Under the pieces are notes generated by a model. That model ran no database searches. It was given only the letters and a program-made list of their open reading frames with translations, and was not told the origin of the DNA. Shown piece by piece: positions 43,822 to 57,059 of a stretch of 64,000 bases of DNA. This stretch comes from Enoplolaimus lenunculus (lineage: Eukaryota), in the NCBI GenBank assembly GCA_030248215.1, contig JASANG010001519.1, forward strand, positions 248,001 through 312,000. Reading direction: 5' to 3'. Each line of letters opens with the position of its first letter. The stretch's first letter is position 1. The position numbers and the translations under genes are program-made.

Positions 43822-46443
43822 TTAAGTTTCATAATTGTACGGCAAACAGTGCCATAGGTCAATTTGATTGGCTGGCTGGTCAGGATCCTGATACGAATCG
43901 CCAGTTTCTGTACAACGACTTAGTTGTTCAGGACATTCGCAAACGCTTTTTAAATGTGTCGCCCGTCTGCCGCTGCCCAGTATTGTATTCGTTCGCTTTT
44001 TACACACGTCACCTAAGCCGTCACAGTGTGGCTTCTGAAAACGAACACATAGGACGGTGAGATCAAAATAACCTATCAAAGGCCAAAACCAGGTGCCCGT
44101 TTTTGGTAAACATCGGAAAATATTTTTGTTTCCGGTATACACTGCAAACAATGGTGAGTCAAATTGAACCTTTCTGAGATAGGCTCTGTACTTGACTACT
44201 CAAATCGACTCAATGACTCGCATGTTTGACTCTGGTGGAGTCGAATTTTGACTCAATTTGTATAGTCCCGAAATGCCTATTTGGGAGAGAGCCAATTTGA
44301 CTCACCATTTTTTGCAGTGTAGAAATACATTAAATTCCGTTATTTTATGCTCATAGGTGTAAGGTGTAAAATCACTTATTAATATACACTATTCAATTTT
44401 TTAGTACAGATACACTTACCTCAGTACGATTCCTTTTCTGAAAGTTTGAATTTTATCTAAGTCACCAGGCAACTAAAAAGATGTCCCTGCAACTGACAGT
44501 CAGCCAACTCACCAGATCGCAAACGTAGTCAATCTGATTGTTTTCAGGACTCCAATGAGTTGATATTGCTTTGTATGGTTCTGGACACACGCACATCACT
44601 TGTTTCCTATACCCAGTGACACGATATGTTAGCTCACCTTTTTGGCACATTCTAAACTCTTGAGGTTCACAGAACTGAAACAAAAACAGCTTCAATTCCA
44701 GCCAGCATTCAAACCCTGGACTATCAGGTAATGGACGTTTTATCAGTAGTAAAGTTTTACAATAAAGCATTATTTTAGTGGAAAGTTTGCGTTGCGTTAC
44801 TCATAGCATCCGTGGCCAATGTTACTTTTAGGGGCGTAACAGTAAATTAAGCGTATTCCTAAGCCTAAGCCTTAGCCTAAGTGTTGCAAAATAGTGTTCC
44901 TAAGTCTAAGCCTAAGCCTAAGCAAAAAATGCAATCTAGAATCTAAACCTAGTCTTTTATAGACACACCAGAAACCTGGGCGCCCCGTAAAGTAACATTG
45001 GCCGCATCCGTGATGCGATAAAACGATAAACATTGTTTTCAAGAAGTTTGTAACTTGGCACGGTTTTCAACCTCGATGTCGTACCTTTTCGGTTTAGGCT
45101 TATGAAATAAATGTAAAATACGACATTAGGCTTCCGCTTGAGACTTTAGTTTTAAGCCTTATGCTTCAGCGTTAGGCGTACACGTGAGACTATTAATACT
45201 GTCCTTTGCTCACCGAATAAATTGAACCTGCGTCGTATAGCGTTGTTTCAAACGAATTTGCGGTTGGACATTTGCGATCGTTTGGGCACGAGCACATCAC
45301 CCATGGACGTCCGCCAATATCAAAACTACATGGTTCGTTTCGTTTGCATTCTGGCTTTTTAAATTTGGCCTAAAACAAATGGTTCGTTTCGTTTGCATTC
45401 TGGCTTTTTAAATTTGGCCTAAAACAAATGGTTCGTTTCGTTTGCATTCTGGCTTTTTAAATTTGGCCTAAAAAACCCCATTTGGCTTTTTAAATTTGGC
45501 CGCTTCGTTTGCATTCTGGCTTTTTAAATTTGGCCTAAAACAAATGGTTCGTTTCGTTTGCATTCTGGCTTTTTAAATTTGGCCTAAAACAAATGGTTCG
45601 TTTCGTTTGCATTCTGGCTTTTTAAATTTGGCCTAAAACAAATGGTTCGTTTCGTTTGCATTCTGGCTTTTTAAATTTGGCCTAAAACAAATGGTTCGTT
45701 TCGTTTGCATTCTGGCTTTTTAAATTTGGCCTAAAACAAATGGTTCGTTTCGTTTGCACTCTGGCTTTTTAAATTTGGCCTAAAACAAATGGTTCGTTTC
45801 GTTTGCATTTTGTCTTGTTAAATTTGGCCTAAAACAAATGGTTCGTTTCGTTTGCATTCTGGCTTTTTAAATTTGGCCTAAAACAAATGGTTCGTTACGT
45901 TTGCATTCTGGCTTTTTAAATTTGGCCTAAAACAAATGGTTCGTTTCGTTTGCATTTTGGCTTGTTAAATTTGGCCTAACACAAGTGGTTCGTTTCGTTT
46001 GCATTCTGGCTTTTTAAATTTGGCCTAAAACAAATGGTTCGTTACGTTTGCATTCTGGCTTTTTAAATTTGGCCTAAAACAAATGGTTCGTTTCGTTTGC
46101 ACTCTGGCTTTTAAAATTTGGCCTAAAACAGATGGTTCGTTTCGTTTGCATTCTGGCTTTTTAAATTTGGCCTAAACTAATGCAGGGCCGGAGCAGCCAC
46201 CCCACCATACCCCCATTTGTGGTGTACCCACCCATAAATTGGCCCCTCCCTAACCGGTTGAAACAGAATCCGCTGAAGTTTTAAAATGCGTCTGGCTTTT
46301 CGCCCGTTCGCTCAGAAACGTACCAATAACGTGCTTTGAAATCCAAGAACTAAATCAGAATGAATAAGCAACGTAACAACATAAAGAACAGTAACGAATT
46401 TGGCATTTTGTGTTCGTAGCAACATTAATGCATTCGGAGTCAT
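43822..46443 (-). CDS. Secreted cysteine-rich Argos/giant-lens-like protein, about 216 aa, 4 exons
   Basis: Exons 46443-46324 (signal-like MTPNALMLLRTQNAKFVTVLYVVTLLIHSDLVLG), 45369-45214, 44674-44513 and 44034-43822, all phase 0. Three CxCP modules: PECKRNEPC..RPWVMCSCP..KCP..YSFCEP..MC..TYRV..KQVMCVCP..YVC..HC..VC..KSVCECP..RC..WHC. The gene model is well supported; the family call is from remembered similarity to Drosophila Argos. Confidence 0.78.
44140..44319. mobile_element. Palindromic CACTG-ended MITE in intron 3 of the Argos-like gene
   Basis: TA|CACTGC...GCAGTG|TA. Confidence 0.85.
44814..45003 (-). mobile_element. TTAGGC-bearing MITE, subfamily 3 (TIR GGCCAATGTTACTTTA(A)GGGGCG)
   Basis: Perfect 8-bp TSD GCATCCGT; located in intron 2 of the Argos-like gene. 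Confidence 0.88.
45331..46178. repeat. 49-bp tandem array, about 17 copies, spanning the intron1/exon2 junction of the Argos-like gene
   Basis: Unit TGGTTCGTTTCGTTTGCATTCTGGCTTTTTAAATTTGGCCTAAAACAAA; one irregular unit near 45470-45505. Confidence 0.97.
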
Positions 46444-49400
46444 AATTAATTTACAAATATGTGATAATTTAAGTAAAAATAAGGTCAAATGAAATGTTTC
46501 GTTTTAATACATTAACCCTGAAAAAAATTCACACTGCAACAAAATTGTGAGTCAAATTGACTCTCTCCGAGATAGGGCTTTTCGGGACTACACAAACTGG
46601 GTCTATTTTGACTCCGCCACAGTCAAATACGACTCATTAGAGTCGCACGTTTGACTCTGGTGGAGTCGTATTTGACTTATATAGTTTATATAGTCCCAAA
46701 AAACCTATTTCGGAGAGAGTCAATTTGAGTCACCATTTTTTTGCTTTGTATGGTGCAGAACTGATCAGAAGTTTCGGTATTTATCAACGGGCATAATTCT
46801 TTGTGAAAAAAACGCAAATTGGCAACGTACGACAGGGTATCCGTTTTCTGTTGGTAAAAATCAGTGTCGGTTTCCGTTATTTTACTATCCCTAACACACC
46901 GTACGGGGTAATTCGAAAAGAGGAATCGGTATGTTTTTGTTCAAAACGACCTGATTTTCCGCTGTTCTGTCTTTGTTATTCAAATACAAACGTTGTTTAC
47001 TGAACTGTAATTCATACACTTCAATGTTCGCTGAGACATTATTTCGACCAGGTTGTCCATGTAAAGATCAGGGGCGGAACGTTTTTGTCTGGAACTGCGG
47101 CTCACGTTTTGCTCTCGGAAACGCCGTACAAATTGCGTTTATATGTACACGTAGTGCATTCGGTCAATATACTGCTCACTGTACCACTCGAGGGCCTCAG
47201 GTTTTGCGTTGGGACGAAAGTTTTTGTTATGAAATCTTACAGCTGTAAAAACGGCGTTTATACCACAGTCTTCCAATCTCAACGCTCTATTTCTACACCG
47301 TCAAATTAAACAAAAAAATTGAATTCGGTTAAACTTAACTTCGGAACTTGTCTTTCCGTAGTTTGGTATTCAACTCAACCAATCTAAATGTCTTTATTTA
47401 TGTAAAGATAACTTGAAAATTTCAGTTTTCCAATGGTACACGTTGTCAGTATAATTTTCCACGATTACCTTCAGTCTAAAGCTTAAGCTTACTCTGTTTT
47501 AGTCCCACAGAAAAACGTTCAGCCCCTGATCTTTACATGGGCCCAAAACGTTAAAGTAAATGTTGTAAGTTTATATTTAATGTGATTAATTCTATCATGA
47601 ATTGATAATGACAAGAGCGTGCAACTCTTTGGGTTCCGCATGGTGCAAAATGTATCACCGGGCGTTGTGGTTTTGGCCGACCCCCCTTATTTAGAATGGG
47701 GGTTGCTATCACATGACGATCTCTACATTAATCTATAAGCGAAGCATGTTTGACGCCGCATACATAAAGTACCATGGTTCGCACCGGCTGTATCCCCTTC
47801 TAAATAAGGGGGGTAGGGCAGAAACGCAACGCGTGCCCGGTACATCCTTTCTACACAGAATGTGCCCAGTTGCGCACTCTTGTAAAAAGAGTCATTATCC
47901 CATCTTTGATTCTATTAATTGCTCGGAACCTACAAGTTTTTCCACCACTCTAGCAAATGATATCAAAATTTACCCCCGACACTCATGATGGGAAGATGCG
48001 TTACCCGTATCCTTCTACTCGAAAATTTTGTTTCAAATAATAGTAGCTTTTTGTTTGAAACGCCGTTTTTCTCATCTGAGAACTGAACAAAGCAACAACG
48101 TTACATTGACCCACAAGCCTGCAATATTTATCTGTTTGATCATAAAGCAAAACTGTATAATCTGAAACATTTTCCCAGAAGTATACATTCTGCGACTGAT
48201 GTTACTTTTAGGGACGCGTCCAGGTTTCTGGTGGGTCTATAAAAGAGTAGGTTTACATTCTAGATTACATTTTTTGATTAGGCTTAGGCTTAGGAATACA
48301 ATTTTGCAACGCTTGGGCTTAGGTTCAGACTTTAGGAATACGCTCAATCTACTCTTACGCCCCGTCAAGTAATATTGGCTCATACTGCAATCATTAATTA
48401 GATTTGATATGGAAGAAAACAGATAAAACTGCGTCCGGAAAAGCCAAAATTTCCAAACAAAGCTAATGATAAACCCAGTCGACCTATAGAGAGTTTGCTA
48501 CGAAAAGGCGTTTTTTTCCATAAACTGGCTAAATCGTGCAAAACAAATGTATATTTGGTTTTATGCTTCAGAAACGTTTGTGCAAAGATTTCTGCTGCTG
48601 GATGCATTTTTTCGCCAAGGTCTGGTGATTTTCACTCATTTTTAATAGTTTTGAAACGAACAAATTCCTTCGCAAAGTCCTCAATATCCCAAAATGCAGA
48701 ACCGGAACTATTGGATATTAAACAGGTTTTCGAAGGTTATTTGGTCAAAATTAAATTTTATACACAGACAAGTGTTAAAGTCTTGCAGTTCCGGTTCTGC
48801 TGACAACTCAATACTCAAATCATTTTGCCTGACCATTTGAAAACGTATGAATCCTTGATGAACAAAGTTGATTGGTTAGAAACGGGAATTTGAAAAACAT
48901 CCGCATCCGAGTTTCCGTCTGCGAATGACAAACCAAAAAATGGCACTGTGCTAAATTTCGAAACATTCGCGCCCCGTAAAAGAAATTGAAAAATCGCGCA
49001 AAAGCCAAAACTTGACAATTTTACACAAATCCTAAAATTAATGATTTAAGTAAAATCTCAAATGAGTTAAACCAAGAGTGCATGATACACGAGTGTGCAG
49101 CTCTTTTGGTTCCGCATGGTATAAAATGTACCACCGGGTGTTGTATTTTTGGCCGACCCCCTTGTTTAGAGGGTGGTTGGTCGCTGGCACATGCAGCAAC
49201 CCTAAATTAAATTATAAGTGGAGCAATTTGTTGACGGATAGATAAAGTGTCATGGTTCGGATAGGTTGTACCCCTGCTAAAATAAAAGGCTGTAGGCCAA
49301 AAATGCAACATGTGCCGCGAACATTCTTTTCAACACAGAATATACCCGGTTGCATACTCTTGTTGAAGTATTCATCATCGACTTTTGGTTAAAACATAAA

Positions 49401-52061
49401 GTTTTATATATCTTTTAAACACAATTACTCAAAAAATTTACTCAATTAACATTCTACAAATAATTTACTTTATACTACATTTTGCGATGGTGGGCGGATT
49501 TTAGTAATTACATTTCGGTTTAAAAAAGCTTTTGTTTCGTTTCACGACAAGTTGTAGCCACCGAAATATAACTGCAAAACGCAGTTTTAAAACAAAGTTG
49601 ATTGTCAATTGTTGTAAACTTTTAGAACAATAAGAGTTTGTTGCTATTGGAGAATTATGTCGTAAAATCAGCATATAGAATGTCCCAGTCAACCGATCTT
49701 TGCTATATGTTTAGCAATATTATTAAATTAAAAATTCATGAGTACTGTTCACTGTAACCATCTTTGTTTCAGTGATTACAAAATGCATGCAAAACAATTC
49801 TTATAGCAACGCAACTCTTACTGCGATTATTACTTTAAGAGTATCTTACTGATCCAATGAATTAAAGATAGTAAACTGAAAATTTTTCGCTTAACCCTTC
49901 CTTACATGAATATTTTATATTTCCCCTGAGAACTCCAGTGACTGGAGTGGGAGACGTATACCATCACCACTCAGCTATAGGAGCATGACGCTCGAGCCCG
50001 AGGGGGCTCTCACGTATTGTGGTGATTTCGTACTATGTATACGTGTTGCAATTGTTAAACACAGTGCGATATATATTATTTAACGTATATACACTGCGCT
50101 GAGTTGCCTATAGGCAACTCAATGTGAGAAGAGGTCAATCAATTCAATTAGCGAGTTGGTTTTTTCTGAAATAATATCAGTAAACATCAACACCACTCTG
50201 AGTTGAGTTGATTCTCACTTTGAGTTGAGTTGACTCTGGGGGAGTTGATTAATATTTAAGTCGGAATGAATTGAATTAATTCAAAATTCTGAGTTCTGAT
50301 AGTCCTAACTCCGACCGAGTGATTGAACTCATTCTGAGTTAAAATCAACTCACTGAAATTCACAGTGTACAAATCATGGACTTTTTTAACTTTTATGTTG
50401 TAGCGATGAAAATGGGGCACGACACGAGATATGGTGACGCCTGATACCGGTCCCTGCCATTTCCACACCCTATAGGGAAAAGCATTGATCACCAAGTGCT
50501 ATATTTTAGCTGCTTATAGTTTAATATAGTCAGTGTCGATTTTAGTACCTTTTAAATTGTCCTGCGTCAGGGGTGGCTATGTGTCTCGATATGGAACCAT
50601 CATATGACCCACGACTCTTGGGCCTTTTAAGTTTTTGAATTTGCTTCAACAGCTGAGAAAACTAAAATCGCCCAGTATAAGAAGAATAGAGTAAGACACT
50701 CAAGCGATAGGAAACAGAACACGTACATGTTTGTGCAGCGAGAACTTGCAACTGCAACTTGCAAGAGTTTCATTCAGTTGTAGTATTTGCAAGGAAACAT
50801 CATTTGCATTCTGAATCTTGACTTGAACCGATATGAATAAATTTGCAGACCACTGCAAGAAATATCAAGCATAAGCTGCAAATTATCAGTGCAGCCACTG
50901 ACGATTAATACGACTTGCATTGCTATTCATGCCTATGAATTAACTCTGGGTGCATATTCGTCGTGAATAAATTGCAATTGCAAGTTCTTCGAATGAATTT
51001 TTGAACAAACTTGTAGCTTCAAGTTTCAACCTGCAAGAAACATTCACACGTAGACAGTGCCCTATTCCAAATTTCTTTATTTGAAAACGTTTTGTACCGA
51101 TACAATTGCTGTTTAGTGCTTAAGAATGAAAAACAAGCCCTGTCACAATCGCTGTTATCTGTGAAATATCAAATAAGTTTAATATTAATTCTTCAAACTT
51201 CTTGAATAATTCAGAATCACTCAATAAACAGTTCTTCCGACTGGCCAATCAAAATGCACTTGCAAGGAAATCGAGCGACTAGCAACTGCGTTCACACATG
51301 CGAATTCAATTAAATAGCACAAATTCCGATGAATAATTTGCAGCTGCAAGAACTTTAAAGCTGTTTTGTGAGCAAAGTTGCACATGCAAGTTACATGTAC
51401 AAGTTTTTGCTGCAAAAATTAGCACATTGGAACATGGCTTATTGTTTCGCAGTATTATGGTGATGACGACGTGATTAGTTTTGCAATTTAAGCACTAAAT
51501 AGACAGTGTATCGCTACGACAGCGTTTTAAAGTTATGAAATTTTGAGCAATGCCTTCCTTACGCGTGAACGTTTCTTGCAGCGGAAACTAGCAGCTGCAA
51601 GTTTTGTTGCAAAATTTATTCGAAGAACTTGCAGGTGCCAATAATTCATGATCAATATACGCCAAGAAATAATTCATGAATAGTATTGCAAGTGGAATGA
51701 AAACATGATGCATCATAATTGGTTGAACTGATAATTTATAGTTTCTGCTTGATATTTATTGCAGTTTGCTGCAAACTATTCATATAAATTCTTGTCAAGA
51801 TTCAGAATGAAAGTGATGTAGTCTTCCAAATACTTGCAGCTAAAAGTATTTCGCGCATGTTGCAGTTGCGAGTTTTTGCTGCAAAAACTTGCACGTGTGA
51901 ATAAAGCTTTATTTCCCTATGGCACATTGCGATAGATCAAAATTCCGTATTTTCACCCATAGCGCATGATTCTCTGACTTATTTGTAAATCTGTGATGCC
52001 TTCTGCGTAATACTAAAAACAACTAAAATAACATTTTTGTTTAAAGTTTCGGTTGGTTAAA

Positions 52062-52377
52062 CCAAGAGTGCAAAATACAGGTGAGTGCAACTCTTGGGGT
52101 TCCACATGGTACAAAATGTACCACCGGGCGTTGCGTCTTTGGGCGACCCCCCTTGTTTAGAGGAGGGCTCGATGTCACATGTGACAACCCTAAATTAAAT
52201 AAGCGGATCATTTTTGTTGCCGGATACATAATGTGTCATGACTACTGGCACCGGTTGTGCCCCCCTCTAAATAAAGGGGTGGTGGGCCAAAAACGTCACG
52301 CGTGTCGGGTACATTTTTTCTACACAAAATGTACCCAGTTGCATACTCTTGTTGACGTATGCATTATGCACTCTTGG
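52062..52377. mobile_element. MITE with TIR CCAAGAGTGCA flanked by TTAAA (copies at 49072-49388 and inner part ~47611-47883)
   Basis: Three colinear copies; TTAAA|CCAAGAGTG...CACTCTTGG|TTAAA. Confidence 0.75.
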
Positions 52378-54713
52378 TTAAACGCATTATATGCCTCATA
52401 TCAATGAACACTACCAAAATAACATGAATAGAACGAGAAGTATTGATTTAAGCTGTCTATATGATGCAAAGATTCTCGTGTATGGTCCTAGAAGGTAGAA
52501 GCGAGGGTTCGAGTTGTTTGTTAAGTTTCATTCTTGTATCGCGCCTAGGCTTAGGAATGCTTTTATACTAATGACACTCCAAATAACCATTTGCCTTAAT
52601 TTCTATGCTATTCAAAGTTCGTTTTCAGCTAGTGCTTAAATACCTTTCGGTGCAGGCCTATAACCAAAGTATTAACAAGCTGAGGCGCGGGATTAGCGCA
52701 AAATTTTAGGACGGATATGCGAAAATTTGCAGGATTTACAAACACGGTGGATACGAGGGGGAGTGGGGGGGGCATCCCAAATCCGAAAATATTGTGATAA
52801 TATTGTAAGGTTCATACTTTACAAATTTTTACTTTTATCAAATCATAATTACTTTTAGCTCTCTCGCTCGTTTCCTTGGCGAGGTTTTTTGCACAATACG
52901 ACCGCTCGTATCTGCGTCAAAATATTTACTAATTATGATAAATTGTTTGCCCGAACGGGACTATATTATTCTGGCAGGTTAAGCCTCCCTTCGCCCGGCC
53001 CGCTCTTGCTACAGACCTGTTTCGCAGTTTCGCAAAGACAAACGACCACCGGTTTTAATTGGTGCTGGCTAAAACTCACCAGTGATGACACCGACTCTGT
53101 AGCATTATTCCGCGCACAGCCGGAAGTTCCGCAATCAAAATGCTAACCAGATACCAACAAATCTATAATATTTTCTTACCTCTTGTCAGCATAAAAAGCA
53201 TCTAAAATATTTGTTTCATTCATGATCTGTAAATAATTGCCTTTTCGCATGAAAAGTTAAACAATGCTGGAATGTTTGTATTTTTGGAATTTTATACTGA
53301 AATTGTGATCATTCATAGGCCATGTGTGACGTCGCTGCTCTATCTGGATGGACTTCGTTTTAAATGCAGCCCCGGCATGGCAGGACTAAGGGACCCGGGC
53401 TAAACAGGCCATGCCTGTTTTCCAACAGATATCAAAACTAAAATTTTGTATTAAGATTATAGTGCTAAAATTACGATTGACTTCACGCTCGCTTCGTTCG
53501 CGAAATGTTTTCCGTTTATTAAATTACGTGTCCCGGTTAAAATGATTGGATCGGCCACTCTCAATGCAGTCTACAAAATTATAGATGTATCGCAATAAAA
53601 TGCCCAAACCAGCGCTATTTCGGCTGATTTGATCAGGTTTCATGCAATTTGAGCCAGGTGAAAACGACAAACGTTCTTGCTGAAATTATTATTTGGTGCA
53701 TTTTCAGCAATAATCTGCACCCTCGTTTATTGTCAAATAAATTGGTCGACTATAATTATAGCAACATGCTTACTGAGAAGCTGGAAGATTTAGAGCTGGG
53801 GGGGCATAAGCTAAGGCTGGCCGATGTTACTTTAAGAGGCGTTCACGTTTCTGGTGGCTGTATAAAAGAGTAGGTTTTGATTCTAGATTACATTTTTATG
53901 CTTAGCCTTAGGCTTATGCCTTAGACCTAGGCTTAGGAACTCATTTTTGCACCGGTTAGGCTTAGGCTTAGGCTTAGAAATATGCTTAATCAACTGTTAC
54001 TCCTCTTAAAGTAACATTGGCCGGAGGCTTATGATGTTTAGTATTATACTTAGTCTTAAGTTTAAATTCGGGCTTATATTCAGGCATAAGTTTAGGCGTA
54101 ATTGGCCGGCTGGTATAGTTAACATGGGCCAAAAAACCTGAATAGAACACTGGATTAATAGCGATTATAAACTCCATGACAGCAGAGAGCATGAAAATCA
54201 TCGCCAATATTACTTTGAGGGGCGTAGCCGTAGTAAGACCCAAGCCTCAAAGTAAAGATAAACCTAAATTAAGCTTAAGCCGCAGCCTAAGCCTAAAATT
54301 GCCTAGAGCTTAAGCTTACTCTATTACAGTCTAGCTGGAACACGATACGCCGCCTTGAAGAGCAAACATACAGACTTAAATCGAAACGGCACCAGTTGAT
54401 TGGGTCCATAACGGTTTCCACAAAGAACATTGAACAATAAAATATAAACCGTTAGGTTCGCTGGAAAAACGTTCGAGAAACTACTATAGGATTTTGATAA
54501 AAAACATCGAAATACTGAAAATTGATACTACGAAAAGACACGTGCGCTAGAAGCTAAACACGAGAAGACGAAATTAAAAATATGGCTGAAACAGTTAATG
54601 AGCATCGTTTATCATCTGTGGTCATTAAATCCTACGACGCTTGCAATCTGAAACGACCCGTATGGTGTTTACCAAAGTTCGATAAATTGAAAACAATTGG
54701 GGTCTGATATGCA

Positions 54714-54959
54714 CACTGTAAATTCCATTGAGTTGATTTCACCTCTGAATCACTCAGTCTGAGTTAGGACTATCAGAACTCATAATTCTGAGTTGGTATA
54801 ACTCATTCTGATTTAATTAATCAACTTTCTCGGAATGAAATCAACTCAGAGTGAGAATCAACTCCAGTCAGAGTGAGTTAAAGTTTGCTGTTAATATTAA
54901 CTCAGAAATAACTAACTTTCTGTCTGACTTGATTAATCAACTCATTGGAGTTTACAGTG
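54714..54959. mobile_element. Second CAC-ended MITE family (GAGTT/AACTC motifs)
   Basis: CA|CACTGTAAATTCC...GGAGTTTACAGTG|CA, 2-bp TSD. Copies at ~50140-50368, 56364-56630 and ~56740-56992. Confidence 0.8.
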
Positions 54960-55169
54960 CAAGTTTTTTTCTAGTCTTGTTGACTTTGATGGGCAAAGCA
55001 AAATAACATTTCAATGAACCCGAACTCGAACACGTTGCAAACATTTTTTTGGTAAAACAAACACAAAAGCTACCGTACTGCATTGAATGGTTAACCTAAT
55101 TGGGCATACCATGCCATTTGGTAGGCATTATAATATCATAGAACTGGTTAGACAATTGATCCAAAATAT

Positions 55170-55335
55170 GGCCAATGTTAATACTTTAAGGGGCGTAACG
55201 GTAGATTAAGCGTATTCCTAAGCCAAAAGCTAAGCCTAAGCCTAAACCTAAGCAAAAAATGTGTAATCTAGAATCTAAACCTACTCTTTTATAGACCCAC
55301 CACAAACCTGGACGCCCCTTAAAGTAACATGGGCC
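55170..55335 (-). mobile_element. TTAGGC-bearing MITE, subfamily 3
   Basis: Perfect 8-bp TSD CAAAATAT. Confidence 0.88.
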
Positions 55336-57059
55336 CAAAATATTATCAATGCAATCGTTGGCGTTTAAAAAACTGGTCCAGCCGTATACGGACGGCGTTT
55401 TCACCGGACGGCCTGAAGATCGGGTTTCTAGTGATCTTCCGATTCGGTCATTCTGAAAAAGTGGTCCGGCCATGGTCGGCCGGACAAATCGGCGATGATT
55501 GCCTTGATTATGTTTGCTCTCGTTTTTGGACCCCAAACTTAAATTGTTTAAACAACTAAACACCAATGCTATCCCTAGCCGTCGTGTATGATAAGCTTGT
55601 AAGTTAGCTGGTATATAATTTGGCTGCGGAAATCAAATACGCTCTGCGAATCATGTGGTTGATAGGTACCTTTGCATAACTAGAAATCTAAGACTTGCCA
55701 AATATACCTTCGTCGGTCCATTAGTACATCCAATTAGGCTACAAGTATATCACTTTTTTCAGAATGATAAGTTCAGTAACCCGTAATCTGTACGTAAATC
55801 GGTCAAGTTCTGGTGTGAAATTAATCACATGATTTTATCTTGCGAGTTTGATTCTATGCAAATATTTACCTTCAATACTCAATGCTTATAATGCGGGGGC
55901 GTTGTGCCGCCAACAAAAGGGTTAAAAACATCTGCCCGCTGATTTTCGAAACCAAATTTTGTATTTACGATTTTAGTCCATGTATACAACAGCGTCGGAT
56001 CGTTTTCCTGCGTGGCTGTAATAGAGTAAGTTTACGCTTTAGACTAACTTTTTTACTTAGGTTTAGGCTTAGGCTTAGGAATATACTTCTACGACTGTTC
56101 CGGCACTGTTCTATACATGGGCTACAATTTGTATAATGTTAAAATTTAGTTTACTGTTCTTGTTCGTTTTTCTCACGCGATTACTTTCACTGTTTACTTA
56201 TCCTGATTCGTTGGGTGTTCCGGTTGTTGGATTATCTGGTGCACCCCTCACAAAATTTTATTTAATATAAAAACACAGACAGACGGGCAGCGATCTTTAA
56301 TCCCAGTGCGGTGAGGTGGCACTAAACCGACGTAAAGATTCGTTAAAAGTATTCATTTCAAGTCACTGTAAATTCTATTGAGTTGATTAAACTACTCAGA
56401 TAGCGAGTTAGTTAATTGTGAATTAGTAACAGGAAGCATTAACTCTCACTCTGAGTTGGTTTGATTCTCATTCTAAATTGAGTTAACTCCGGGTGAGCTG
56501 ATAAATTAACTTTTAGAATGAGTTGAGTTAACTCAAATATCTGAGTACTGAAAGTCCTAATTCAGAGCTCAAGCTTGTGAGTAAATTCAACTCATTCAGA
56601 GTTAACATCAACTCACTGGAATTTACAGTACATCATATTTTACGAAACTGAAACCTTACCTTTACCACCAGCAACGTGAGCTCATGTACACATTCCTAAA
56701 CCAAATCTATTTCCAAAATTTCAGACGTGTCCTAAACTTCACCGTAAATTCCAGGGAGTTGAGATTAACTCAGAATGCGTTGAATTCGTTTCAGTCGTCT
56801 GAGCTCCGAATTAGGTCTTTCACAACTCGGAATTCTGAATTGATTGAACTCATTCATGAGTTAATTTATCGGACCACCAGGAGTTAAATCAACTCAGAGC
56901 GAGTTGATGTTTCGTGTGATTAACTCAGAAATAACCAGAAATGACTAATTAGCTCTCTGAGTTGATTAATCAACTCATCGGAATTTACAGTGTACGAGAT
57001 AGGCTTTAGACTTGGGTTTAAACTTGAGTTTGAAGGAATCGAAACTTTACAAGAACCGG

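Noticed and set aside
49849..53228. Splice-site-bounded fragments at ~53180-53228 and ~49849-49875 (-) as coding exons of the Argos-like gene
   Set aside because: A complete signal-peptide exon exists at 46443-46324. These could be UTR exons but cannot be supported.
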